Source of the DNA: Patescibacteria group bacterium
Lineage (GTDB): Bacteria; Patescibacteriota; Microgenomatia; Daviesbacterales; UBA10151
Direction of reading: 5' to 3'
Assembly: GCA_018816815.1 (NCBI GenBank)
Contig: JAHIVD010000050.1
Span: forward strand, 1-34,674
DNA: 34,674 nucleotides
The stretch's first letter is position 1, and every line of letters begins with the position of its first letter. The notes beneath the pieces are model-generated. The model saw only the letters and a program-made list of their open reading frames with translations. It was not told the origin of the DNA and did no database searches. Positions 15,267 to 23,266 of the stretch are shown here, piece by piece. Both the position numbers and the translations under genes were made by a program.

Positions 15267-16879
15267 TCTATATTGATTTTTGAGGCAGCCTTTACAAAAC
15301 CCACAAATAAAGGATGCGGGGTAAGCGGCCTTGATTTTAGTTCCGGATGGAATTGAGTTCCTACAAAAAATGGATGGTTTTTTAGTTCAATTATTTCCAC
15401 TAATTTTCCATTAGGTGAAGTTCCGGAGATGATCAGTCCTTTTTTCATAAATTGATTTAAAAAATGATTATTAAATTCAAACCTATGTCTGTGACGCTCC
15501 GAAACACTGGACTTTCCATACAGGCTGCGGACTAAAGTTCCTTCTTTTAATTTACAATCCCAAGCACCAAGTCTCATTGTTGCCCCGTATTCCCTATTCA
15601 ACAATTTCTTTTCTTGATCAGGCATAATATGGATGACCGGATATTTGGTTTCAGGATCTATTTCCGTAGTATGCGCATCTGGAAGCTGCAAAACACCCCT
15701 GGCATATTCAACTACCGCAAGCTGCATTCCGTAACACAAACCGAAAAACGGGATATTATTTTCTCTGGCATATTTGATAGCAGTAATTTTTCCTTCGATA
15801 TCCCTGGAGCCAAACCCTCCTGGTACTATTACTCCCTGAAATTTTCTTAAAATATTAATATCATCTAAAACCTTTCCTGAATCCAGCCATGTAATTTCCG
15901 GATTTAATCCCTGATTCCAAGCAGCATGTTTAACTGCTTCAATAACAGAGATATATGAATCAGTCAGCGTAAAAGCACCTGTTGCGAAATATTTACCTAC
16001 AATTGCAATCTTAACCGTACCTTTGGTGGAATCAATCTTTTCAACAAACTCCTTCCAATCTTTCAAGTCTTCTTGTTTTCTTTTTAAGCCTAATTTACTA
16101 AGTAATCTATCTGTTAAATTCTGATTTTCGAATGTAATGGGTACTTTATAAATACTATCCATATCAGGCGCAGAAATAATGTCTTCAGGTTCTAATCCTG
16201 TAGTAATAGATAATTTTTTAATTCTTATTTTATCCAGCGGTTTCTCGCTTCTTGCTAAAATTACGTCTGGTTGAATTCCCACAGCATTCAAATCCCGTAC
16301 AGACATCTGGGCAGGTTTGCTTTTCATCTCTCCAATAGAAACAGGGATTGGTAAATATGTAATGTGAGCATGAATAACATCTTCCGGATTTTTCAATTTC
16401 ATTAACCTGTTTGCTTCTAAAAACAAAATATTTTGATATTCACCGGTTGTTCCGCCAATCTCAATAACAACAACATCAGCCTTACTTAATCTACCTGCAT
16501 CTTTAATCCTTTTGATTATTTCTTTTGTGACATATGTCACAACATCAACACATTCTCCGTCATATTCCAAATTCCTCTCCTTTTGAATTACAGATAAATA
16601 CAGCGAACCTTGAGTAGCAATGCTGTTTTTGTCTAAAGACTGCCCTAAAAATCTCTCGTAGTGACCCAAATCCTGATCTGTCTCAGTACCATCATCTAAA
16701 ACAAACACTTCTCCATGTTCAATCGGATTCATAGTCCCGGCATCAACATTCAAATATGGATCCATCTTTATAGGAATAACTTTGTAGCCAGCAGATTTCA
16801 AGAGTAACGCAATCGAGGATGTAGCAATCCCTTTACCTAAACCACTAATAACACCTCCACTGATAAATATATATTTCAT
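15263..16879 (-). CDS. pyrG: CTP synthase
   Basis: MKYIFISGGV.SGLGKG N-terminus, and a glutamine amidotransferase domain with GLCYGMQ and HRHR(F/Y)E. I set the start at ATG 16879, 8 nt after AAGGAG, rather than the track's TTG 16885. Confidence 0.95.
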   Translation of the reverse strand: MKYIFISGGVISGLGKGIATSSIALLLKSAGYKVIPIKMDPYLNVDAGTMNPIEHGEVFVLDDGTETDQDLGHYERFLGQSLDKNSIATQGSLYLSVIQKERNLEYDGECVDVVTYVTKEIIKRIKDAGRLSKADVVVIEIGGTTGEYQNILFLEANRLMKLKNPEDVIHAHITYLPIPVSIGEMKSKPAQMSVRDLNAVGIQPDVILARSEKPLDKIRIKKLSITTGLEPEDIISAPDMDSIYKVPITFENQNLTDRLLSKLGLKRKQEDLKDWKEFVEKIDSTKGTVKIAIVGKYFATGAFTLTDSYISVIEAVKHAAWNQGLNPEITWLDSGKVLDDINILRKFQGVIVPGGFGSRDIEGKITAIKYARENNIPFFGLCYGMQLAVVEYARGVLQLPDAHTTEIDPETKYPVIHIMPDQEKKLLNREYGATMRLGAWDCKLKEGTLVRSLYGKSSVSERHRHRFEFNNHFLNQFMKKGLIISGTSPNGKLVEIIELKNHPFFVGTQFHPELKSRPLTPHPLFVGFVKAASKINIE

Positions 16880-16940
16880 GCACAAAACTCCTTAAAGGGA
16901 ACCTATTTTAAACTAACTGAAGTATTTTGAGGCCCTCATA

Positions 16941-16969
16941 ATAATACTAAATCCGGATCCCCGTGTCAA
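16941..16969 (-). promoter_or_regulatory. sigma70-like promoter upstream of pyrG
   Basis: Minus strand TTGACA (16969-16964), 17-nt spacer, TATTAT (16946-16941). Confidence 0.4.
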
Positions 16970-17053
16970 ATTTCAATTGTTGTACGCTGTCCAGGACATA
17001 CTATACGCTTTTTACACAAAAAAGGTGGGCTGGGTGTTAGAAAACGGTATGCT

Positions 17054-19141
17054 TTAACTTGAAGTTTTAGGAGCTGCTGCTGACTTTGGTTTAGTCCAGC
17101 TTGCAAACTTACAACCAGGCCAGTTTTTGCAACCGTAAAAAGTTTTACGGCGGCGGGTGTGTCTTATGACAATATCTCCTCCGTCTAAGGAACATTTAAC
17201 ATTAATTTTCTCTTCCAAAGATTCTGTATGTTTACATTCAGGAAAACCAGAACATGCCAGGAATTTTCCAAACCTGCCTATTTTAATAACCAGTTCTTTG
17301 CCACACTCCGGACATTTCTTTCCAGCAAATTGAACTTCTATCTTAACTTTTTTAGCAATCTTTTTGGTTTGTTCAAGTTTCTTTTCAAATGGTTCATAAA
17401 AAGTCTTAATTATCGGTTTCCATTCACGTTCACCTCTTGCTATTTCATCCAGCTCATCTTCCATCCTGGCAGTAAAAGCATAATCAAGAATATCCGCAAA
17501 ATATTCCATCAGGAAATCAGTTACAGTCATCCCTAAAACAGTTGGGACAAATTTTTTCTCTTTCATTTCCACATAAAACCTCTCTTGGATCGTTGATAAA
17601 ACAGGCGCATAAGTGCTGGGACGACCAATGCCTAGTTTTTCTAATTCTTTAATCAGGGAAGCTTCTGTATATCTTGGTGGAAATTCTGTAAAATGCTGGC
17701 CAGGCAAAAGCTTAATAAGATTAAGGTGCTGATTTTCCGGCATTTTTGGCAATATTTGTTTTACCTTGTCCTTATCTTTTTCTGCGTCTTTGCCGTAAAG
17801 CTTTAACCATCCATCAAATTTCATTACACTGCCTGTTGCTCTTAATAAGTAATCTTTTATCTGCTGTTTTTTCTCTTCTGCAACAGTTGCTGTCACATCC
17901 ACCGAGGTTTGATCCATCACTGCCTCTTTCATCTGGCAAGCTACAAATCTCTTCCAAATCAGATCATACAATCTGACATGATCTTTATTCAACGAAAATT
18001 TTCGCTTCTTAGAACTGCTTTGCTTGCTAATATCTAACAACTGCATATTTACACTCGTTGGCCTAATTGCTTCGTGAGCCTCCTGAGCATTTCTTGATTT
18101 GGATTTGAAAATTCTTGGAATATTTGGCAAGTAAACTTTACCAATGGATTCATTGATGTAGGCTCTGACTGCTGTAATTGCTTGAGTAGATAAATTAACT
18201 GAATCTGTTCTCATGTAAGTTATAAATCCGCGTTCGTATAAAGCTTGCGAAAGCATCATGGTCTTTCTGGGCGAATACCCTAAACGATTAGCCGCTGTCT
18301 GCTGCAGTGTTGAGGTAGTAAAAGGCGGGTAAGGGAAACGTCTGACTTCCTTTTGAGTAACTTTGGAAACTAAATATTTTGCCTTTTCTAAATTATTAAC
18401 ATGCTCGTCTGCTGCCTTTTTATTCTTGATTTCCAGATTTTTACCGTTTTGCTTGATAACTGTAGCAACAAATTTAGATTTTTTATTTTCAACATTTACC
18501 TGAAGCTCTACTTCTATAACCCAATATTCTTCAGGCTTAAAAGCTAATACTTCTTTTTCTCTTTCCACTATCAGCCGAAGAGCCACTGATTGAACCCGAC
18601 CGGCAGATAATCCCTTCTTTACCTTTTCCCAAAGCAAAGGAGAAAGTTTATAACCTACTAGCCTATCCAAAATCCTTCTTGCTTGTTGAGCATCCACCAA
18701 TTTAATATCTATCTCCTTAGGATTTTCAAAAGCTTCTTTAATAGCGTTTTCAGTAATTTCATGAAAAACTACTCGTTTAATTTCTATCTTCTTTTTTTTA
18801 TCTTTAGCAGTAATTTGTTTGTCTTTTAAAGCAGTCTGTTGGGAATCAGACAATAACTGTTCCAAGTGCCATGCAATTGCTTCGCCTTCACGATCCAAAT
18901 CTGTTGCCAGCCAAAGAGTGCTTATATTTTTAGCCATTTTTTTGAGCTCATTAACTCTTTTTCTTTTATCTCTTGGGATAATATATCTAGGCTCAAAATT
19001 GTTGTCGACATCTACACCTAATTCGCTTTTTGGCAAATCCCTAACATGCCCCATTGAGGCCTCGATTTGATATTTATCACCCAAAAACCTCTGCAAAGTT
19101 CTAGCTTTAACTGGACTTTCTACTATCACAAGATTACTCAT
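17054..19141 (-). CDS. topA: DNA topoisomerase I
   Basis: TOPRIM N-terminus LVIVESP.KA..L, DLDREGEAI, the active-site region ITYMRTDS, and two C-terminal Cys4 zinc ribbons (CPECG...CSGFPEC; CSLDGG...CKNWPGC). Confidence 0.95.
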   Translation of the reverse strand: MSNLVIVESPVKARTLQRFLGDKYQIEASMGHVRDLPKSELGVDVDNNFEPRYIIPRDKRKRVNELKKMAKNISTLWLATDLDREGEAIAWHLEQLLSDSQQTALKDKQITAKDKKKKIEIKRVVFHEITENAIKEAFENPKEIDIKLVDAQQARRILDRLVGYKLSPLLWEKVKKGLSAGRVQSVALRLIVEREKEVLAFKPEEYWVIEVELQVNVENKKSKFVATVIKQNGKNLEIKNKKAADEHVNNLEKAKYLVSKVTQKEVRRFPYPPFTTSTLQQTAANRLGYSPRKTMMLSQALYERGFITYMRTDSVNLSTQAITAVRAYINESIGKVYLPNIPRIFKSKSRNAQEAHEAIRPTSVNMQLLDISKQSSSKKRKFSLNKDHVRLYDLIWKRFVACQMKEAVMDQTSVDVTATVAEEKKQQIKDYLLRATGSVMKFDGWLKLYGKDAEKDKDKVKQILPKMPENQHLNLIKLLPGQHFTEFPPRYTEASLIKELEKLGIGRPSTYAPVLSTIQERFYVEMKEKKFVPTVLGMTVTDFLMEYFADILDYAFTARMEDELDEIARGEREWKPIIKTFYEPFEKKLEQTKKIAKKVKIEVQFAGKKCPECGKELVIKIGRFGKFLACSGFPECKHTESLEEKINVKCSLDGGDIVIRHTRRRKTFYGCKNWPGCKFASWTKPKSAAAPKTSS

Positions 19142-19187
19142 ATCGTTTTACTGTTGCGTAATTGTAGCTTGTTTGTCAATACTTCAC

Positions 19188-19427
19188 TTAAAAATCAGAA
19201 TCCAAAACTTGAGGGTTCACTTTTTCTAGTTCCAAGTTTAAATCAGTAGAAGCATCAAATTTAAAAGTCTTTGGGGCATTTGGTGTGGCAACCGGCACAG
19301 GAGTTGGTGATTGATGGGTTTCTTTTGTAAAACTTGGGTTTATCAATTTCCCTTTAGTATTAACAAAAGAAATCAAACAAACCACTGTCAAAATTATTAA
19401 TGCAAAAACTAAAAAGATCTTTTTCAT
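19188..19427 (-). CDS. small signal-anchored protein, unknown function
   Basis: N-terminal hydrophobic segment IFLVFALIILTVVCLISF. The start overlaps the stop of the upstream 124-aa ORF (TAATG). Confidence 0.4.
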   Translation of the reverse strand: MKKIFLVFALIILTVVCLISFVNTKGKLINPSFTKETHQSPTPVPVATPNAPKTFKFDASTDLNLELEKVNPQVLDSDF

Positions 19428-19801
19428 TAAAGTGCCTTAGCAACTTCTCCTTTAGCTTTTAAGACTTTTCCTTTTAAAACTTCTAACCCGGAACGAAGAT
19501 TGCTGCTGGAAGAAGATTTTTGAGCTCTTTGATAAGCAATTGCCTCAGCCGCAAATGTCACCCAATAGTCAGCAGATTTTATAGCATCATCTATCCCGCC
19601 AAAAGCCACTCTGGTTTCTGTGATACCTTTTCTGTCTTTCACCTCATCCATAATAGCAGCCATCCTGCTGACGTCTTCCTCAAACCTGTCACAAACCTTT
19701 TGATTAGTCTGGTATAAAAGATTTGCCTCTACAGTGGTTGCAGACACTGTAATTGGTAAAACAATTATCAATATTCCAAGAAGCAAAATTATTTTCTTCA
19801 C
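19427..19801 (-). CDS. small secreted or anchored helical protein, unknown function
   Basis: Signal-like N-terminus KKIILLLGILIIVLPITVSA. No recognisable motif. Confidence 0.45.
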   Translation of the reverse strand: MKKIILLLGILIIVLPITVSATTVEANLLYQTNQKVCDRFEEDVSRMAAIMDEVKDRKGITETRVAFGGIDDAIKSADYWVTFAAEAIAYQRAQKSSSSSNLRSGLEVLKGKVLKAKGEVAKAL

Positions 19802-19904
19802 ACTTTTAGCATAACACTAATACCGTCTATATTTATCATGTTTACCAATATCAATAGAGGATGCCATATTTTTTTCCTGCCAAATAAAAAATATTCTGTC
19901 ACTT

Positions 19905-20177
19905 TTATTTAGAGGAGACATTTTTTTCGAGCTCTTTTAAATCTTGTTTTAATTCCTCAGAGGTTTTAGTCACTTTAGTTTTCTTGAATTTAGATTCTTT
20001 AAGCGCTTGTTTTACAAGTAATTCCAGTTGTATTTTTTCCAAAAGATCAAGACCAATGATGGCACCAAGAGGCTTATTGTTAGCCATAACAATAATAGGT
20101 TCTTTGGATTTATTGGCTTGTTGCAAAACCTTTTTATACTCTCTTTGAATTTGTCTTGCTGATATTGTGGTAAACAT
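19905..20177 (-). CDS. Phd/YefM-family antitoxin-like protein with no adjacent toxin
   Basis: TISARQIQREYKKVLQQANKSKEPIIVMANNKPLGAIIGLDLLEKI fits the Phd/YefM N-terminal fold pattern (..r.n....l..v....epv.It.rgkp.avl.s.e.ye.l). Confidence 0.55.
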   Translation of the reverse strand: MFTTISARQIQREYKKVLQQANKSKEPIIVMANNKPLGAIIGLDLLEKIQLELLVKQALKESKFKKTKVTKTSEELKQDLKELEKNVSSK

Positions 20178-20235
20178 ATATTTATATAATATATTGATCA
20201 GATATGTATGTCAAGATGACATAAAATTGAAATCT

Positions 20236-22752
20236 CTACGGAGCCAGCAGCTCTACCCCTGCTTTGAATATTTGACCTTTAACCAATTTATTTTCCAAAA
20301 TTAACCTGGAAAGTCTGGCCTCTAGCGTATTTTGTAAAAGTCTTCTCATGGGTCTGGCACCTAAGACCGAATCAAACCCTTTCTTGGCAAACTCCTCAAT
20401 AAGAACCATATTAAATTCAACCAAATAACCTTTTTCTTTCATCCGTTTTTGCAAGGAATTAAGCTTTATTTTTACAACTTTTTTTAAGTCTTCCGGAGAT
20501 AATGGTTTGAACAACACAACTTCATCAAACCTGTTAACAAGTTCCGGCTTGAAAACTTTAAACAACTCCTCATTAACCTGCTTATCTATCTCTTCCATAG
20601 TCCGACCCTGACGTAAACCTTCTGCAATAATTAGACTTCCGGCATTTGAAGTAGCAATAATAATGGTATTGGTAAAATCCACTGTCCGCCCGCTTGCGTC
20701 AGTCAATCTTCCATCCTCCAATACTTGTAAAAACAGGGTTACAATTTTTGGGTTTGCTTTTTCAAATTCATCCAAAAGCAACAAAGCATAAGGTCTTTGT
20801 CTAACAGCTTCTGTTAATTGCCCTTCTTCTCTTGGCCCACCAATTAGCCGATTTATTGATTCTTGAGTTTGATACTCAGACATATCAAACCTCACATATG
20901 CCCCTTCTGTTTTGAAATATATCTGAGCCAAAGTTTTAGCTAACTCAGTTTTACCAACACCTGTTGGTCCGACAAAAAGAAACGACCCGATTGGTCTAGC
21001 CTCTTCTCTTAAACCAGTAACAGACCGCCTCAAAGTATCAGCTACAGCTTTAACTGCTGGTTCTTGGTCTATCATTCTTTTATGAATTTCATCTTCTAAA
21101 TTAAGCAATTCATGTTTATCAGCACTGTCAACATCTATCAAAGGTGCTTTCACTCTTGAGGAAATAACTCTTCTGATAACCTCTTTTGTTACCCATTTGT
21201 TTACAGATTGAGTTAATGCCTCTTTTAAAACACTTATAGCAGAATCTGGCAAAACCCGGTCATGAATTAATTTTTGAGTAAGCGCCACTGCAGTTTTTAT
21301 AGCTATAAAAGTGACTTTTATTTTATCCTTTCTTTCAGTCTCTATGGCGCGGTATTCTAGAATAGCTAAAGTGTCCTGCTCGGTGGCAGGAGAAAGTTCA
21401 ATTTTTCTAAAAATTCTGGCAAAAGAGCCATTTTTTTCTAAAACCCGGGTGTAATTTTCCGCCTCTGTTGTGCCGATAAATTGAAAAATTCCCAATTCCA
21501 AATATGGTTGCATCAGGGAATACAGATTTAGACTACTACCTACCTCACCCATGCCTAATTCGTGAATTTCCTCTATAGCAATAATGATATTCTGCGCAAA
21601 TCCTACCTCCTCAAAAATTGTCTTCACCCGATCTGCCAAATCACCCTGCGTCTTAATTCCTGATAAAAGTTTTGTAAGATCCAACAACACTAACCTTTTT
21701 GTAGCCAAAGCACTTGGCGCATCTCCTGCTACTATTTGTTTAGCCAAATAACAAAGCGTTGTTGTTTTACCGGAACCAGGGGCACCAACCAAAATAACAT
21801 TCATACCTGTTTGTTGAGACAAAATATTAACTACATCTTTCAAGACATTTTCTTCCCGAATTAAATCAGGGAAAAACTTTGAAGCTGCTTCTTTTGTTAA
21901 ATCCTCACTTACCAAATCCAAATTAGGCGTAGGTGCTCCTAACCATCCTCTGTTTGTACCTCTTAAATGATGAATAGTGAAATCTTCATCCCAGATACAC
22001 ACCCTTCTCCAGGTATTTTTTTTCTTTTCCAGATAAATCAATGCTTGTTTAAAATCATCAACCGTTAATTCAAATCTAGCTAAACTAGCTTCAATATGGG
22101 GAATTTCCTCAAGGATAGCTACAAAAAAATGGCGGGGGCCTAAGTGCAAACTTCCGCAAATCTTTCCAAGCTCATATGCTCTTTTTACTGTCACATTTAT
22201 GTCAGTTATTTCAAAGGTAAGCAAATTGTTGAAACTATTTAACCGGATCTCCAGATTAGATAATAAATCTATAACTTCCCGATCTAAAATAATCTTTTTA
22301 AAATTCAGATTTTTCTTTTTTATTCTGGAGGCTTGCCATAAATTATCCTTTTGAACTTGCCAAATTTTCTTATGGGGATGAGAAACTATATTTATCAAAA
22401 AAAGCCCTAACCCGCTCAAAAATATAACCCTGCTTAAAATCTGCGGAGTATCAAGAACAGCTAACACAGGCATCATAAGCCAGCAGCAACCTATTGCAAA
22501 CATAACTATGGTAGCAATCAAAAAAGCAAACAATCCAATCAAAATCCGCCCCACCCGGAAGATAAAACTTAAAATCCTGCCAACAATTGAAGTATCATGA
22601 AAAAGCGGTGTAAGGATCAATCTCCACATCAACCCCACCGCTAAATCTTCCTCCAAAAGAAGCATTAAATTTTTCCATGTTCTAATAAAAAAAACAATGC
22701 TTTCCGGATACCAGAATTTGAATATTTGAATTGGTGCTGCTAAATATTTCAT
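20236..22752 (-). CDS. membrane-anchored double-AAA+ Clp/Hsp100-family ATPase (no M-domain, no ClpP-docking loop)
   Basis: The first roughly 130 aa carry several hydrophobic segments. D1 has Walker A GAPGSGKTT and Walker-B-like IIIAIEEIHEL. D2 has Walker A GPTGVGKTELAKTLA and Walker B LLLLDEFEKA, then the sensor region ATSNAGS and ARPMRR. Confidence 0.85.
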   Translation of the reverse strand: MKYLAAPIQIFKFWYPESIVFFIRTWKNLMLLLEEDLAVGLMWRLILTPLFHDTSIVGRILSFIFRVGRILIGLFAFLIATIVMFAIGCCWLMMPVLAVLDTPQILSRVIFLSGLGLFLINIVSHPHKKIWQVQKDNLWQASRIKKKNLNFKKIILDREVIDLLSNLEIRLNSFNNLLTFEITDINVTVKRAYELGKICGSLHLGPRHFFVAILEEIPHIEASLARFELTVDDFKQALIYLEKKKNTWRRVCIWDEDFTIHHLRGTNRGWLGAPTPNLDLVSEDLTKEAASKFFPDLIREENVLKDVVNILSQQTGMNVILVGAPGSGKTTTLCYLAKQIVAGDAPSALATKRLVLLDLTKLLSGIKTQGDLADRVKTIFEEVGFAQNIIIAIEEIHELGMGEVGSSLNLYSLMQPYLELGIFQFIGTTEAENYTRVLEKNGSFARIFRKIELSPATEQDTLAILEYRAIETERKDKIKVTFIAIKTAVALTQKLIHDRVLPDSAISVLKEALTQSVNKWVTKEVIRRVISSRVKAPLIDVDSADKHELLNLEDEIHKRMIDQEPAVKAVADTLRRSVTGLREEARPIGSFLFVGPTGVGKTELAKTLAQIYFKTEGAYVRFDMSEYQTQESINRLIGGPREEGQLTEAVRQRPYALLLLDEFEKANPKIVTLFLQVLEDGRLTDASGRTVDFTNTIIIATSNAGSLIIAEGLRQGRTMEEIDKQVNEELFKVFKPELVNRFDEVVLFKPLSPEDLKKVVKIKLNSLQKRMKEKGYLVEFNMVLIEEFAKKGFDSVLGARPMRRLLQNTLEARLSRLILENKLVKGQIFKAGVELLAP

Positions 22753-22768
22753 ATTATTAATATTCTTT

Positions 22769-22792
22769 TTTATCCCACGTTTTATCCTACGT
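22769..22792. repeat. tandem 12-mer, two copies, immediately upstream of the AAA+ gene
   Basis: TTTATCCCACGT (22769-22780) and TTTATCCTACGT (22781-22792). On the coding strand this reads ACGT(A/G)GGATAAA twice, 17-40 nt before the ATG at 22752. Confidence 0.8.
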
Positions 22793-22887
22793 TTGATGTA
22801 AAATCTACATATATAATTTATCCATACATTTTATCTATAGTATTTTCTATGCGGATTCGGTTTTCACAAAAAACACAATAACTTACA

Positions 22888-23247
22888 TCATCTTGCTCTT
22901 ACTAAATTACCCTCTGTGTCCAATTCAACAAAGTGTTGAGCTCTACCTTCAATGTATGCAGGACATTGATTCTCCGGCAGATCATCAATTGATAATCTAG
23001 GACTATGAACAATATCTACAATCCACCCAGACATCAAAGCATTTGAAAGACAAGGACCAGTTGAAAAATCCACTTTCATCGCCTTTCTTTGACGATACAA
23101 AAAATTTGCTTGATTAATAGCAGTTTCAATTTCACTTTTAGGAGTAATCCTTTGTTCGAAGCCGTTAAAAAAATAAGTAGTCGCAAAGCCTGTCAAAACT
23201 ATAACAATTAGTGCGATGGCAAATAAAGTTAATTTGGGCATAATCAC
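22888..23247 (-). CDS. small signal-anchored protein with a two-Cys C-domain, unknown function
   Basis: N-terminal TM segment LTLFAIALIVIVLTGFATTYFF. No recognisable motif. Confidence 0.45.
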   Translation of the reverse strand: MIMPKLTLFAIALIVIVLTGFATTYFFNGFEQRITPKSEIETAINQANFLYRQRKAMKVDFSTGPCLSNALMSGWIVDIVHSPRLSIDDLPENQCPAYIEGRAQHFVELDTEGNLVRAR

Positions 23248-23266
23248 GTTTTTTTGTCTTTAATTC

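Noticed and set aside
16886-16940. The pyrG leader may start with GGGCC, 6 nt after the candidate -10 box. This is reminiscent of the B. subtilis pyrG reiterative-transcription attenuator (GGGC start).
   Set aside because: I could not find a downstream terminator hairpin with a C/U-rich 5' strand in the roughly 55-nt leader. Without it the mechanism cannot operate.
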